Below the pieces are notes generated by a model, which was not told the DNA's origin, did not search any database, and saw only the letters and a program-made list of their open reading frames with translations. The position numbers and the translations under genes are program-made. From positions 3,680-67,679 of the forward strand of contig CAZDAO010000002.1 in assembly GCA_964503015.1 (NCBI GenBank): a stretch of DNA of 64,000 nucleotides, in the 5' to 3' direction. Below, in pieces: positions 27,895-36,700 of this stretch. The number at the start of each line of letters is the position of its first letter. The stretch's first letter is position 1. This stretch comes from an uncultured Nocardioides sp. (lineage in GTDB: Bacteria; Actinomycetota; Actinomycetes; Propionibacteriales; Nocardioidaceae).

Positions 27895-29462
27895 GACTCC
27901 GGATCGATCCACGTGATGTCGGCTGGCGGATCGGTCGCGCCCACCAGCCGCGAGGCCGTGAACTCTGGGTGCCGTGGGACCGCACCGCCGGTGTGATCGG
28001 TCCCCAAGGCTCCGGCAAGACGCTCGACCTCCTCACTCCAGCGCTGCTCGCAGCACCCGGCGCGGCGCTCGTGACCCTCACCAAGGTCGAAGACCTGCTG
28101 CTCAGCCTCAGCGACCGCGCAGCCGGCGATCGGCCGTGCGTGGTGATGGACCCCTTCGGCCTCGCCGATGGCCTGTGGGACGACACCGTGCGTGAGCTCG
28201 TGTGGGACCCCGTGGCCGGATGCGTCGATCCACAGGTGGCCGAACGCCGGGCCAAGGCCTTCACCGCCGGCACGGTCAGCGGCGCCGTTCATGGCGGCAC
28301 CGGCGACGACGCAGCACGCTTCTACGCCGCCGAGTCAGCCAAGGTCGTCCAGGGATACCTCCACGCTGCAGCCCTCTCGGGCAAGACCCTCGACGACGTC
28401 CTCCGTTGGGTCGCCAACCCTGCCGTGGCCACCGAGCCCACCGAGATCCTGCGCCGTCACCCCTACGCCGAACCGTTCTGGCATGGCCTGCTGCACGGCG
28501 CCCTGCGAGGCGACGACCGCACCGCCGGCAACACCGTCACCACCGTGCAGCAAGCCATGTCGCTGTTCTTCCAAGCTTCCACCCGACGCCGATGCGTACC
28601 CGGGCCCGCTCGGCCCGCCACCGACCTGACGGACGTGATCCGACGACGCGGAACGATCTATCTTCTCGGCCGGGAGGACCCGTACGCATCAGCGAGCCCA
28701 CTGATGACCGCCGTCGCCGAGCACGTCCTCGACACCGCCCTCGCTCTCGCCCACGAGTCACCGTGGGGCGGGCGACTGTGCCCACCGATGCTCGCCTGCC
28801 TCGACGAGCTCCCGTCCACCGCACCCCTGCCGACGCTGCGGACCCGGATGGCCAACGAACGCGCCCTTGGACTCTCGTTCATCTACGCCGCCCAGACCCG
28901 CGCCCAGCTCACGTCCCTGTTCGGCGAGCACGAATCGCGGGCCCTCATCGGGCTGACCAACGTGCTCGTCGTCTTCGGTGGGTCCAAGGACGTCGCCTTC
29001 AACCAGGAAATCTCCGACCTCCTCGGCACCGTGCGTATCGGACGGGTCACCCACAACTCGGGCGGTCACGGTTCAGCCCGCAGCTTCTCCGGCGACGACA
29101 TCGCCATCCTGCGCCCCGAAGAAGTGCGCCGACTACCCGAGCGCAAGGCCCTCGTCATCGCCGAGAACGGCAAACCCATCGTCGCCACGCTTGACCGCTG
29201 CGTCGACGGAAAGCACGGCGCCACCCTGCTCGCGCAACAACACAACCACCGGCACAAGCTCACCCATGACCGCCCACCTCAGCCCACTGCCGCGGCACGC
29301 ACCCTCGGCGCCATCACCGAAGCACGCCGCCTCGGGCTCAACGACGACCCAGACCACCCCACCCATGCCCAGGACCCGCACCACGAGTCGGGCTACCCAC
29401 ATGCGGATGGAGCAGCTAGTGCGAGGACCATCCCGCGCCGAGAGATCGGCGACCGTTGGTGA
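27891..29462 (+). CDS. virD4: Type IV coupling protein (VirD4/TraG/TraD family)
   Basis: VIGPQGSGKT, LVTLTKVED, LACLDELPSTAPLP, IYAAQTRAQL, ISDLLG, LRPEEVRRLP. Confidence 0.9.
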   Translation: MRLRIDPRDVGWRIGRAHQPRGRELWVPWDRTAGVIGPQGSGKTLDLLTPALLAAPGAALVTLTKVEDLLLSLSDRAAGDRPCVVMDPFGLADGLWDDTVRELVWDPVAGCVDPQVAERRAKAFTAGTVSGAVHGGTGDDAARFYAAESAKVVQGYLHAAALSGKTLDDVLRWVANPAVATEPTEILRRHPYAEPFWHGLLHGALRGDDRTAGNTVTTVQQAMSLFFQASTRRRCVPGPARPATDLTDVIRRRGTIYLLGREDPYASASPLMTAVAEHVLDTALALAHESPWGGRLCPPMLACLDELPSTAPLPTLRTRMANERALGLSFIYAAQTRAQLTSLFGEHESRALIGLTNVLVVFGGSKDVAFNQEISDLLGTVRIGRVTHNSGGHGSARSFSGDDIAILRPEEVRRLPERKALVIAENGKPIVATLDRCVDGKHGATLLAQQHNHRHKLTHDRPPQPTAAARTLGAITEARRLGLNDDPDHPTHAQDPHHESGYPHADGAASARTIPRREIGDRW

Positions 29463-30148
29463 GCCTCCACCACGAGCCACTGCTCCGCGCGCCGATCGTG
29501 CTGCCGTTCCCGCAACCCGGCGTTCTGGTGCGACTGGCCTACCGAGAAATGCACACCGCCATCAACGGCACACCCGAGGAGCAGAAAGCCCTCGGACCGC
29601 ATGCGCTCCTCCCGCGGCCGTGGGACCCGGACACCTGCTCGGAGCCCGACCTGCGCCGCGACCTCTGGCGGTGGCTCGACCACGTGGTGATCTGGCTCAA
29701 CCACGAATACACCTGGGACACCGCTGCACTCATCCCAGCCTGCTGGCCCGAACATCCACACCTCGTCCACGAAGTCGCCGTCATCGCCGACCAGCGCCGA
29801 CGCGCCGGCCTCGCGAAGACCAGCGACGCCCTCGAGGAGTGGCATCGCTACTGCCTGCCGTCCTTCCTCGACCGCATGCGGAGCCGATTGGCCGGCCACT
29901 GCGCCGATACCCACTCGCCCTGGCCCGGCCGTCCCAGCCACAGCGACCACACCGACACCGCATGGACGCAGCGTCGCCAGGACCTGTTCGCCGCCGACAC
30001 AGATCGGCTCCGCCCAGACCGATCTCCCGCCCCGGCCGCGGCGCTGCCACGGCTGGGCCTGGTCGACCTCGAGACGGGTGAGGTCGTCGGCGACCCCCCG
30101 CCAGACGCCTTCCCGCGCACCCGCACCCGCAAAGGCCCGCACGACTGA
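29459..30148 (+). CDS. Conserved-looking hypothetical protein (DUF4913-like)
   Basis: LWRWLDHVVIWLN...IPACWPEHPHLVHEV...EEWHRY; GTGA overlap. Confidence 0.65.
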   Translation: MSLHHEPLLRAPIVLPFPQPGVLVRLAYREMHTAINGTPEEQKALGPHALLPRPWDPDTCSEPDLRRDLWRWLDHVVIWLNHEYTWDTAALIPACWPEHPHLVHEVAVIADQRRRAGLAKTSDALEEWHRYCLPSFLDRMRSRLAGHCADTHSPWPGRPSHSDHTDTAWTQRRQDLFAADTDRLRPDRSPAPAAALPRLGLVDLETGEVVGDPPPDAFPRTRTRKGPHD

Positions 30149-30541
30149 CCTCCCGCCCGTGCACGGCAACGACGGGCCCACGTCGCGCGGGACTCACCGT
30201 CTGCAGACCCCATCGCTCGTGACCGCCGGAGACCACAGGACGGACCTAGGGGAGTGCAGGCCCGAAGTCAGGTCCACGCACTCGAAGGGACTCGCCATGT
30301 CCGCCACCGCCTCAAGCGAAACCCCAGCACGAGCCCTCGGCGCACGCGACATCGGCATTCGTCACCGGCGCGACACTCCCCGCAGGCTCCGCCCGGACAA
30401 CAAGCGGCACAACGCGAACAGCCGATCACCGTGGACCTCAGCGCGCAGCCGCGGGGGAGACCGCTCGAGCGCCCCTCATGCCGGAGACTCGGCTCCGGCC
30501 GCGCTTGGCGCAAGCCGAGCAGCCGAGATGGAGTGACGGCG

Positions 30542-31582
30542 ATGGATCCCGTCAAGCTCGTCGTCCGCTCTCCCGAAGAGCTGCTGGCAGCCGTACCTCA
30601 CATGCTGGGCTTCCTACCCGACGAGTCCGTCGTCCTGGTCCCGTTCGGACCAGGGCTCCCGAGCCTGCGCGTCGACCTCCCCATCACCCCTCAACAGCGA
30701 GCCGACGTGTGGGAAGCCATCCACCAGGGCCTCCACCGACACGTGCAAGACGCAGTTCGAGTCGCACTGATCTGCTTCACAGCAGACGCCGAGAGCGCCA
30801 ATCACGCGAGCCGGCACCTGTCATCTCGCCTCGAGACCATCGGAGTCACTACCCACCTGCGACTACACGCCGACGCGGACCGCTGGCGCGACCTCGACAC
30901 CGGACGAACCGGGTTACAGGCCACCGCAGCGACGGACCGGCTGGCGGCGGAGATGGTCCTCGCCGGCGCCGTACAACCCATCAGCAGCAGGCAAGCGCTG
31001 GCGGCATCTCTCGTCGGGGACCGACAACCCGTCGCTCGAATACTCGGAAGCGCTCTTGCTGCAGCATCGGCGACGTCTGTGACCGCCGAGCGCAGCTGGG
31101 CGCAGGCCCGACTGCACCAGTTCCATGACGACGGCAACCGACTCTCCACCACAGACAGCGCACGGATGCTGGTTGCCATCGAAGACATCGGCACCCGCGA
31201 CGCGCTTTGGACCGACATGACCCGACAGAACGCCCCATCGCACGTCGCCTTGTGGAGCGACATGACGCGGCGCGCGCCGGACTCGGTCCGCACCGCGCCC
31301 GCGTCACTCCTCGCGTTCAGCAGCTGGCTCCGCGGAGACGGGGCCCGCGCCTGGTGTGCTCTCGACCAGATACCTCCAGGGCCGCCGTACTCCATGGCCG
31401 CGCTTGTCGCCTCCGTGCTGGAGCACGGCCTCCATCCGCGCGAATGGGAGCGCCTCGACATGCAGATGCGCAAAGCCAGCGCCGACATCGACGCACCGGT
31501 CGCAGGCCCGCGACGCTGCCAAGGCCGGCGAGAAGTTCCTCGGACGGACAGCGCCACTCGGGGGCGGGGCCCGAATCGGTAA
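30542..31582 (+). CDS. DUF4192 domain protein
   Basis: SPEELLAAVPHMLGFLPDESVVLV; RDALW; LLAFSSWLRGDGARAWCALD...YSMA. Confidence 0.88.
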   Translation: MDPVKLVVRSPEELLAAVPHMLGFLPDESVVLVPFGPGLPSLRVDLPITPQQRADVWEAIHQGLHRHVQDAVRVALICFTADAESANHASRHLSSRLETIGVTTHLRLHADADRWRDLDTGRTGLQATAATDRLAAEMVLAGAVQPISSRQALAASLVGDRQPVARILGSALAAASATSVTAERSWAQARLHQFHDDGNRLSTTDSARMLVAIEDIGTRDALWTDMTRQNAPSHVALWSDMTRRAPDSVRTAPASLLAFSSWLRGDGARAWCALDQIPPGPPYSMAALVASVLEHGLHPREWERLDMQMRKASADIDAPVAGPRRCQGRREVPRTDSATRGRGPNR

Positions 31583-31900
31583 TGCTCAGACCGCGGTCAG
31601 GATGCTTGTTGGGCAGCAGCGGAGGAATGGGCTAGCGTCCGCTCGTCATCTACAGACCCAGACGCCCTGCCTGCTGCTTCCTGCTCGAGACGTTCCTGGG
31701 CCATATGCGTCGAACGCATCGAAGTGGAACGCCCGGATGGGTCTTGTTCGTCGCGCAGTCCTCGTCTCTATCCCCACGGCGGACTCGCGGGCCGCGGCTA
31801 TCTTGCTCCGGAAGCCGGTCGCTCCGGTGCCCGATCTGCCGGCTAGCTTTCTGACCGCTTGGTGATCGTGCCGGTGGCCAACCACACGTCAGCGATCCCA

Positions 31901-32062
31901 CTAACCCTTCGTCTTCTTATTGCCCTTGCGCTTCTTGCGCCTGGCACGGCGGGTCGGCCACCAGTCGATCCAGTTACGGATCTCGCGCCCAAGCATCACG
32001 ACCGCTCCGGAGCAGGCGGTCACCATGGCTGGGTCGCGCAGGGGTTCCAGCATGCTCTTCAC
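31901..32062 (-). CDS. 53-aa peptide, hydrophobic core plus basic tail (type I toxin-like); not in ORF track
   Basis: MKSMLEPLRDPAMVTACSGAVVMLGREIRNWIDWWPTRRARRKKRKGNKKTKG*; AAGGAGG at 32072-32066; alternative ATG at 32053. Confidence 0.55.
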   Translation of the reverse strand: MKSMLEPLRDPAMVTACSGAVVMLGREIRNWIDWWPTRRARRKKRKGNKKTKG

Positions 32063-32206
32063 CGCCCTCCTTCTGACGCCCTCGGTCTGGTCCAGTCGAG
32101 CAGCGGCGCGCCGACCACGCCCGACTCACAAAACGGTAGGGCCGACTGCCGACACGTTTGAAGAACACTCCACGACCACTGGCTCTGACAAGCGAGTGAC
32201 GACGAG

Positions 32207-32215
32207 TTATCCACA
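32207..32215 (+). promoter_or_regulatory. Perfect DnaA-box 9-mer overlapping palindrome CCACAGG-A-CCTGTGG
   Basis: TTATCCACA in intergenic DNA. Confidence 0.4.
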
Positions 32216-32387
32216 GGACCTGTGGGCGTTGACCTGCGGAAACTCATCTTGCGCTCGGCGAACTCAGTGTCGAACTGCTCAGTCGGACGAGGTTGTGCTG
32301 GACTCGAAGATGCACGCGTTCTCGCTCAACAACGAGCTTCTGACCTGCGCGGACGCCAGCGATCTCGTCGAGGATCACTACTTTGTA

Positions 32388-32417
32388 GGCCTCCACCTCG
32401 ATGGGGAGGTGGGGGCC
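32388..32417. other. GC-rich hairpin (12-bp stem, one G-U pair)
   Basis: GGCCTCCACCTC-gatggg-GAGGTGGGGGCC. Confidence 0.6.
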
Positions 32418-32682
32418 GCCGGGAGTGGGGGTGCTTGCCCATTGTGGTCAGCATCTTGATCAACTCGTGGGTCACCTCGCACTCAGCCTGTCGTACACGC
32501 GGCGCAATGTCGCGCCCCGGACGGTACGCGGCGCTGTGACGCACCTCTCCTCGCGGCGGAGTGACGAACCCTGATTGCGGAGAGCCTGCGGTCGCTGAGT
32601 GTCCTGCGCCGCCGTCGGTCCATCGATATGGTCCTCGCACCTGGGCTGTCTAAGTCGTCGCTGCTTTTGTTGGAGGTTTGAG

Positions 32683-35379
32683 ATGGCCACCGTTGCCGAA
32701 CATATCGGGGCCGCCGACGCAGTCATCTGCGCCAACATCGCCACGCTGCCCAGTCAGCGCGATCTCCTATCGCAGAACGTTCTCGGGCAACTGCGAAACT
32801 TGGTCGAAGGCGTCGCCGTGCGCCTGCATGCCGGTCACGGGGACGTCGAGTACAACTATGACGCCATCGAGGCCGCACTCTCTTGGGTGAAGGCGAACGG
32901 TCGACTGAACTTCGTCACCAAGTTCCACACTCTGCTGAAGCCGTCGGTCTCCCACTACACGTTCGATGGCGACACCTCGGAGCGGCTCATGCTCCGCTAT
33001 TACGAGTACATGCTGCGTCTACGCACCCTGCTGCACAATGAGGCGGGGGTGGCGGTTCTCGGAAACCTCGAGCTGTTTCCGCTCGACCAGGACCCGGCGC
33101 TCGCCGAGTACCACGAGAAGATCGCCGTCGAGATCGACCGGCCGGGCAGGGCGACCTCGACCCGCCACGACCGGTTCTACATCCACAAGACACGACCCTT
33201 CGTTACCGGCGGCCGCGTGTACTACGAGGTCACGTTCTACAAGGCCGTCAACCGGGTAAGCAAGTCCGACCGAATTATCGCGTTCACCGACATAGACATC
33301 GCGGACAACTACTCCGCAAACCTTGGCCTGCAGGCGGTCACCATCGAGGTCTTCGGGCAGCAAATGCCGGTGACCCTCATCCGCAACTGGGAAGTGTCGA
33401 TCCGGCCGTGCGAGGTCGACCGCTTCGCCAGCCTCGTCGGGAAGCCGACGAAGGTGCGGGCGGACTCTGCCGAGTACAAGTTTGTGATGACTGGCCTGAC
33501 CGGCGGTTCAACCCTGCTGGACCTCATCGACGCCTCCGATGACTGGTACGACGACGTCAAAGCCCGGGGAACGGCCACCTCACGGAATCCGCAAATCTTT
33601 CCGGCAATTGACGTGGCCCGCGGGATCATCCGCGAGAAAAGACCCGGTCACAACCTCCTGCGCTACTTGCTCCTTCGAATGCGCAACGACTGGCTGAAGG
33701 CGCAATACCACTGGGAACCGAACGCCCGCCTGTCGAACCTCAACTTCAGCTACTCGTGCATTCCGTTCGACGAGATGCCGTTCTGCACGGCGCCGCGGGC
33801 CCACAACCCTCGGTTTTGGGACCTCATAAACAGCCTCGACACCACCGGCCGCACCCACGAACTATTGGCTCGCCGCGTACAGCGCAACGTCGAGGATCAC
33901 GGGATTCTGTATACCCCGGTCGCCGACCTCGAGGACCTGGGCGATGTGAAGGCCCTCATCGCCACCTACAACAGCAAGCTGTACTACAGGCACCGGCCCG
34001 CCCGGGACCTCGTCCTCGACAACGGCCACGTCTTTATCCAGAGCTATGAGAACGACACCCACGACATCGTGACCAAGCTCCAAGCGCGGGCGGCCGGCGG
34101 CATCAGCGGGTACACGGCCGCGGTCGAACAATGGCTCGGGACGACGGCGCACACCGTGGACGACGCCGCCAAGCGCTCAGCACTCACCACGTTGTTCGCT
34201 CAGTCCCGCGTTGCGCTCGTCTACGGTGCCGCCGGGACGGGGAAGACCCGCATGGTCGATCACATCGCCAACTATTTCGGCGGGCACCAGAAACTGTTCC
34301 TCGCCAACACCCACCCCGCGGTCGAGAACCTACGGCGCCGCGTGAGCGCCCCACAATCATCCTTCCGAACCATTGCCAGCCACAAACACAACCCCACCGG
34401 CGACTTCGATCTGCTCGTCATCGATGAGTGCTCTACGGTCAGCAACGCCGACCTCCTGGACATCCTGGAGTACACCAGCTTCAAACTCATCGTGCTCGTC
34501 GGGGACGTCTTCCAAATCGAATCCATTAGGTTCGGCAACTGGTTCAATGTCGTGCGGTCCTACATCGAGCCGTCGTCGATCTTCGAGCTGACTACCCCGT
34601 ACCGCGCCAGCAGCGATGAGCTCGTCGACTTCTGGACAAAGGTCCGCGACCTCGACGAGAGCATCACCGAGGCCATCGCCCGTAATCGGTACTCGACCGT
34701 ACTGGATGCCAGCCTTTTCGAGAACCACTCCGCCGACGACATCATCCTGGCGTTGAACTACGACGGCTTGTACGGCATCAACAACATCAACCGGTTCTTG
34801 CAGGCCAGTAATCCCTCGCCCGCCGTGCCGTGGGGGCCGGCCGCGTACAAGGCCGGCGACCCAGTCCTGTTCTCAGACACCAACCGGTTCAAGCCGCTGA
34901 TCTACAACAACCTCAAGGGCACCATCGTCGACATACAAACTTACGACGGCAGCATTCAATTCGACGTCTGCCTCGACCGGGACGTGACCGAGTTCGACGT
35001 CGCCCCTTACTTCGACCTGCATTGGGTCTCCGATTCGACCGTGCGTTTCGCGGTCTATGACATCGACATAAGTGACGAGGACGACGACACCGACACAACC
35101 ACTGTCCCGTTCCAGGTGGCGTATGCCGTCGGCATTCACAAGGCCCAGGGCCTGGAGTACGACGCGGTCAAGGTCGTCATCACTAGCGCCAATGAGGACG
35201 ACATCACGCACAACATCTTTTATACGGCCATCACCCGAGCCCGACAGGAGCTTCGGATCTATTGGTCGCCTGAGACGCAACAGGCGGTCATCAGCGGACT
35301 CCAGACCGCGGACGCGAGGAAAGACGTCGCGCTCCTGTCGTCGCGAACGGGTCTTAAGCCGATCCGGCGTCGCCGATAG
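32683..35379 (+). CDS. RecD-like SF1B helicase with a large uncharacterised N-terminal region
   Basis: YGAAGTGKT, LVIDECSTV, LVGDVFQIESI, ELTTPYR, VAYAVGIHKAQGLEY, FYTAITRAR; GGAGG RBS. Confidence 0.9.
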   Translation: MATVAEHIGAADAVICANIATLPSQRDLLSQNVLGQLRNLVEGVAVRLHAGHGDVEYNYDAIEAALSWVKANGRLNFVTKFHTLLKPSVSHYTFDGDTSERLMLRYYEYMLRLRTLLHNEAGVAVLGNLELFPLDQDPALAEYHEKIAVEIDRPGRATSTRHDRFYIHKTRPFVTGGRVYYEVTFYKAVNRVSKSDRIIAFTDIDIADNYSANLGLQAVTIEVFGQQMPVTLIRNWEVSIRPCEVDRFASLVGKPTKVRADSAEYKFVMTGLTGGSTLLDLIDASDDWYDDVKARGTATSRNPQIFPAIDVARGIIREKRPGHNLLRYLLLRMRNDWLKAQYHWEPNARLSNLNFSYSCIPFDEMPFCTAPRAHNPRFWDLINSLDTTGRTHELLARRVQRNVEDHGILYTPVADLEDLGDVKALIATYNSKLYYRHRPARDLVLDNGHVFIQSYENDTHDIVTKLQARAAGGISGYTAAVEQWLGTTAHTVDDAAKRSALTTLFAQSRVALVYGAAGTGKTRMVDHIANYFGGHQKLFLANTHPAVENLRRRVSAPQSSFRTIASHKHNPTGDFDLLVIDECSTVSNADLLDILEYTSFKLIVLVGDVFQIESIRFGNWFNVVRSYIEPSSIFELTTPYRASSDELVDFWTKVRDLDESITEAIARNRYSTVLDASLFENHSADDIILALNYDGLYGINNINRFLQASNPSPAVPWGPAAYKAGDPVLFSDTNRFKPLIYNNLKGTIVDIQTYDGSIQFDVCLDRDVTEFDVAPYFDLHWVSDSTVRFAVYDIDISDEDDDTDTTTVPFQVAYAVGIHKAQGLEYDAVKVVITSANEDDITHNIFYTAITRARQELRIYWSPETQQAVISGLQTADARKDVALLSSRTGLKPIRRRR

Positions 35380-35582
35380 CGAGAAGCGGCTCCAGTCTCC
35401 ACCCTCACACCATCCAGACGGCATGCCCGTCACGTCAACGGAGACGGTCGGAGGCTGTCCATGTCGCCGATTGGCGGCGCTGTCTCAGGCCCCGCAGGAC
35501 CTCATCTGTCACATGAGTTTCAACACGCTCGACACCTCGCACGCATCCCCAAGCGTCATGACACCTACGCTACTTTTGGACA

Positions 35583-36671
35583 GTGCCCGGACCCACCACC
35601 CGGCCGCCCTTCACGCTTCACAGCGGCGATGTCCGCCTGACGTACGGGGCTTGGCCAACGCCCTCAACGATCATCAGCGACGGCGCGTACGGCGTGCGTG
35701 GCTTCCATGGCGACACCACCAGTCCCGAGACTCTCGCCGACTGGTATCGACCGCACGTTGAGGCTTGGACCGCAGCTGCGCACCCATCCACGACCCTTTG
35801 GTTTTGGAACACTGAGGTCGGATGGGCGAGTGTTCACCCCCTGCTTGTCGAGAACGGTTGGGACTACGTAGAGACCGTCACTTGGGACAAGGGCATCGCC
35901 CATATAGCCGGCAACGTGAACGGCAAGACCATCCGCCGCTTCCCGGTGGTGACTGAGGTCTGCGTGCTCTACCAGCGCCGGTTCGCTGCTGAGACGCCCG
36001 CTGGCCCCATGCCGGTCCAGCAGTGGCTGCGTCATGAGTGGCAGCGCGCTGGCCTCCCCCTTTACCTCGCAAACGAAGCCTGCGGCGTGCGTAACGCAGC
36101 CACTCGCAAGTACCTGACCCAGGACTGGATGTGGTACTGGCCACCCGGTGAGATGGTCGAGAAGCTGGCGGCGTACGCCGAAGAGCACGCACGCACCAAG
36201 AGCGACGCCTGGCCGTTCTATTCGCTCGACGGCCTAGCTCCCGTCTCCGCGAAGGAGTGGAATACCCTTCGCTACCAATGGAATCACACCCATGGCCTAA
36301 CCAACGTCTGGCAGCGCGGACCACTCCACGACAACGAGCGGCTTAAGGGAACGCTGCGCCGTGCAGCGCCTCGCGTCTACAAGCCGACGTCCAGCAGTTC
36401 GGCCCACCTAAACCAGAAGCCGCTCGAATTCATGGAGCGTCTGGTTAAGGCAGTTACGATGCCGGGAGATGTCGTGTGGGAACCCTTCGGCGGACTGGCT
36501 TCAGGATCAGTCGCAGCGGTCGCTCTGGGCCGTCAGGCGTACGTCGCTGAGATGGACCCGGACTTCGTGGACATCGCGCGTGAGCGTCTGGTGCTAGCGG
36601 CTGCCGAGGCTGATCCCAAGCTCGAAGAGGCTCGGATAGACGCGCCGGAAGGTGCCGAACCACAAGCGTAA
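35583..36671 (+). CDS. Beta-class N6-adenine/N4-cytosine DNA methyltransferase
   Basis: Motif IV variant IISDGAY, TWDK, HLNQKP, motif I VWEPFGGLASG, AEMD; TACTTT 6 nt before GTG. Confidence 0.88.
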   Translation: MPGPTTRPPFTLHSGDVRLTYGAWPTPSTIISDGAYGVRGFHGDTTSPETLADWYRPHVEAWTAAAHPSTTLWFWNTEVGWASVHPLLVENGWDYVETVTWDKGIAHIAGNVNGKTIRRFPVVTEVCVLYQRRFAAETPAGPMPVQQWLRHEWQRAGLPLYLANEACGVRNAATRKYLTQDWMWYWPPGEMVEKLAAYAEEHARTKSDAWPFYSLDGLAPVSAKEWNTLRYQWNHTHGLTNVWQRGPLHDNERLKGTLRRAAPRVYKPTSSSSAHLNQKPLEFMERLVKAVTMPGDVVWEPFGGLASGSVAAVALGRQAYVAEMDPDFVDIARERLVLAAAEADPKLEEARIDAPEGAEPQA

Positions 36672-36700
36672 GTCGGCTTGGTGAGGTAGGACATCGTCCC

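Noticed and set aside
30297..30536. 79-aa ORF MSATASSETP... after GAAGGGA
   Set aside because: Plausible RBS but low-complexity, motif-free product; insufficient support
32207..32225. Replication origin
   Set aside because: Single box, no cluster, no AT-rich unwinding region and no rep/dnaA gene
31859..32539. Plus-strand ORFs 31859, 31920 and 32222
   Set aside because: No RBS or motifs; the minus-strand peptide has the better translation signal
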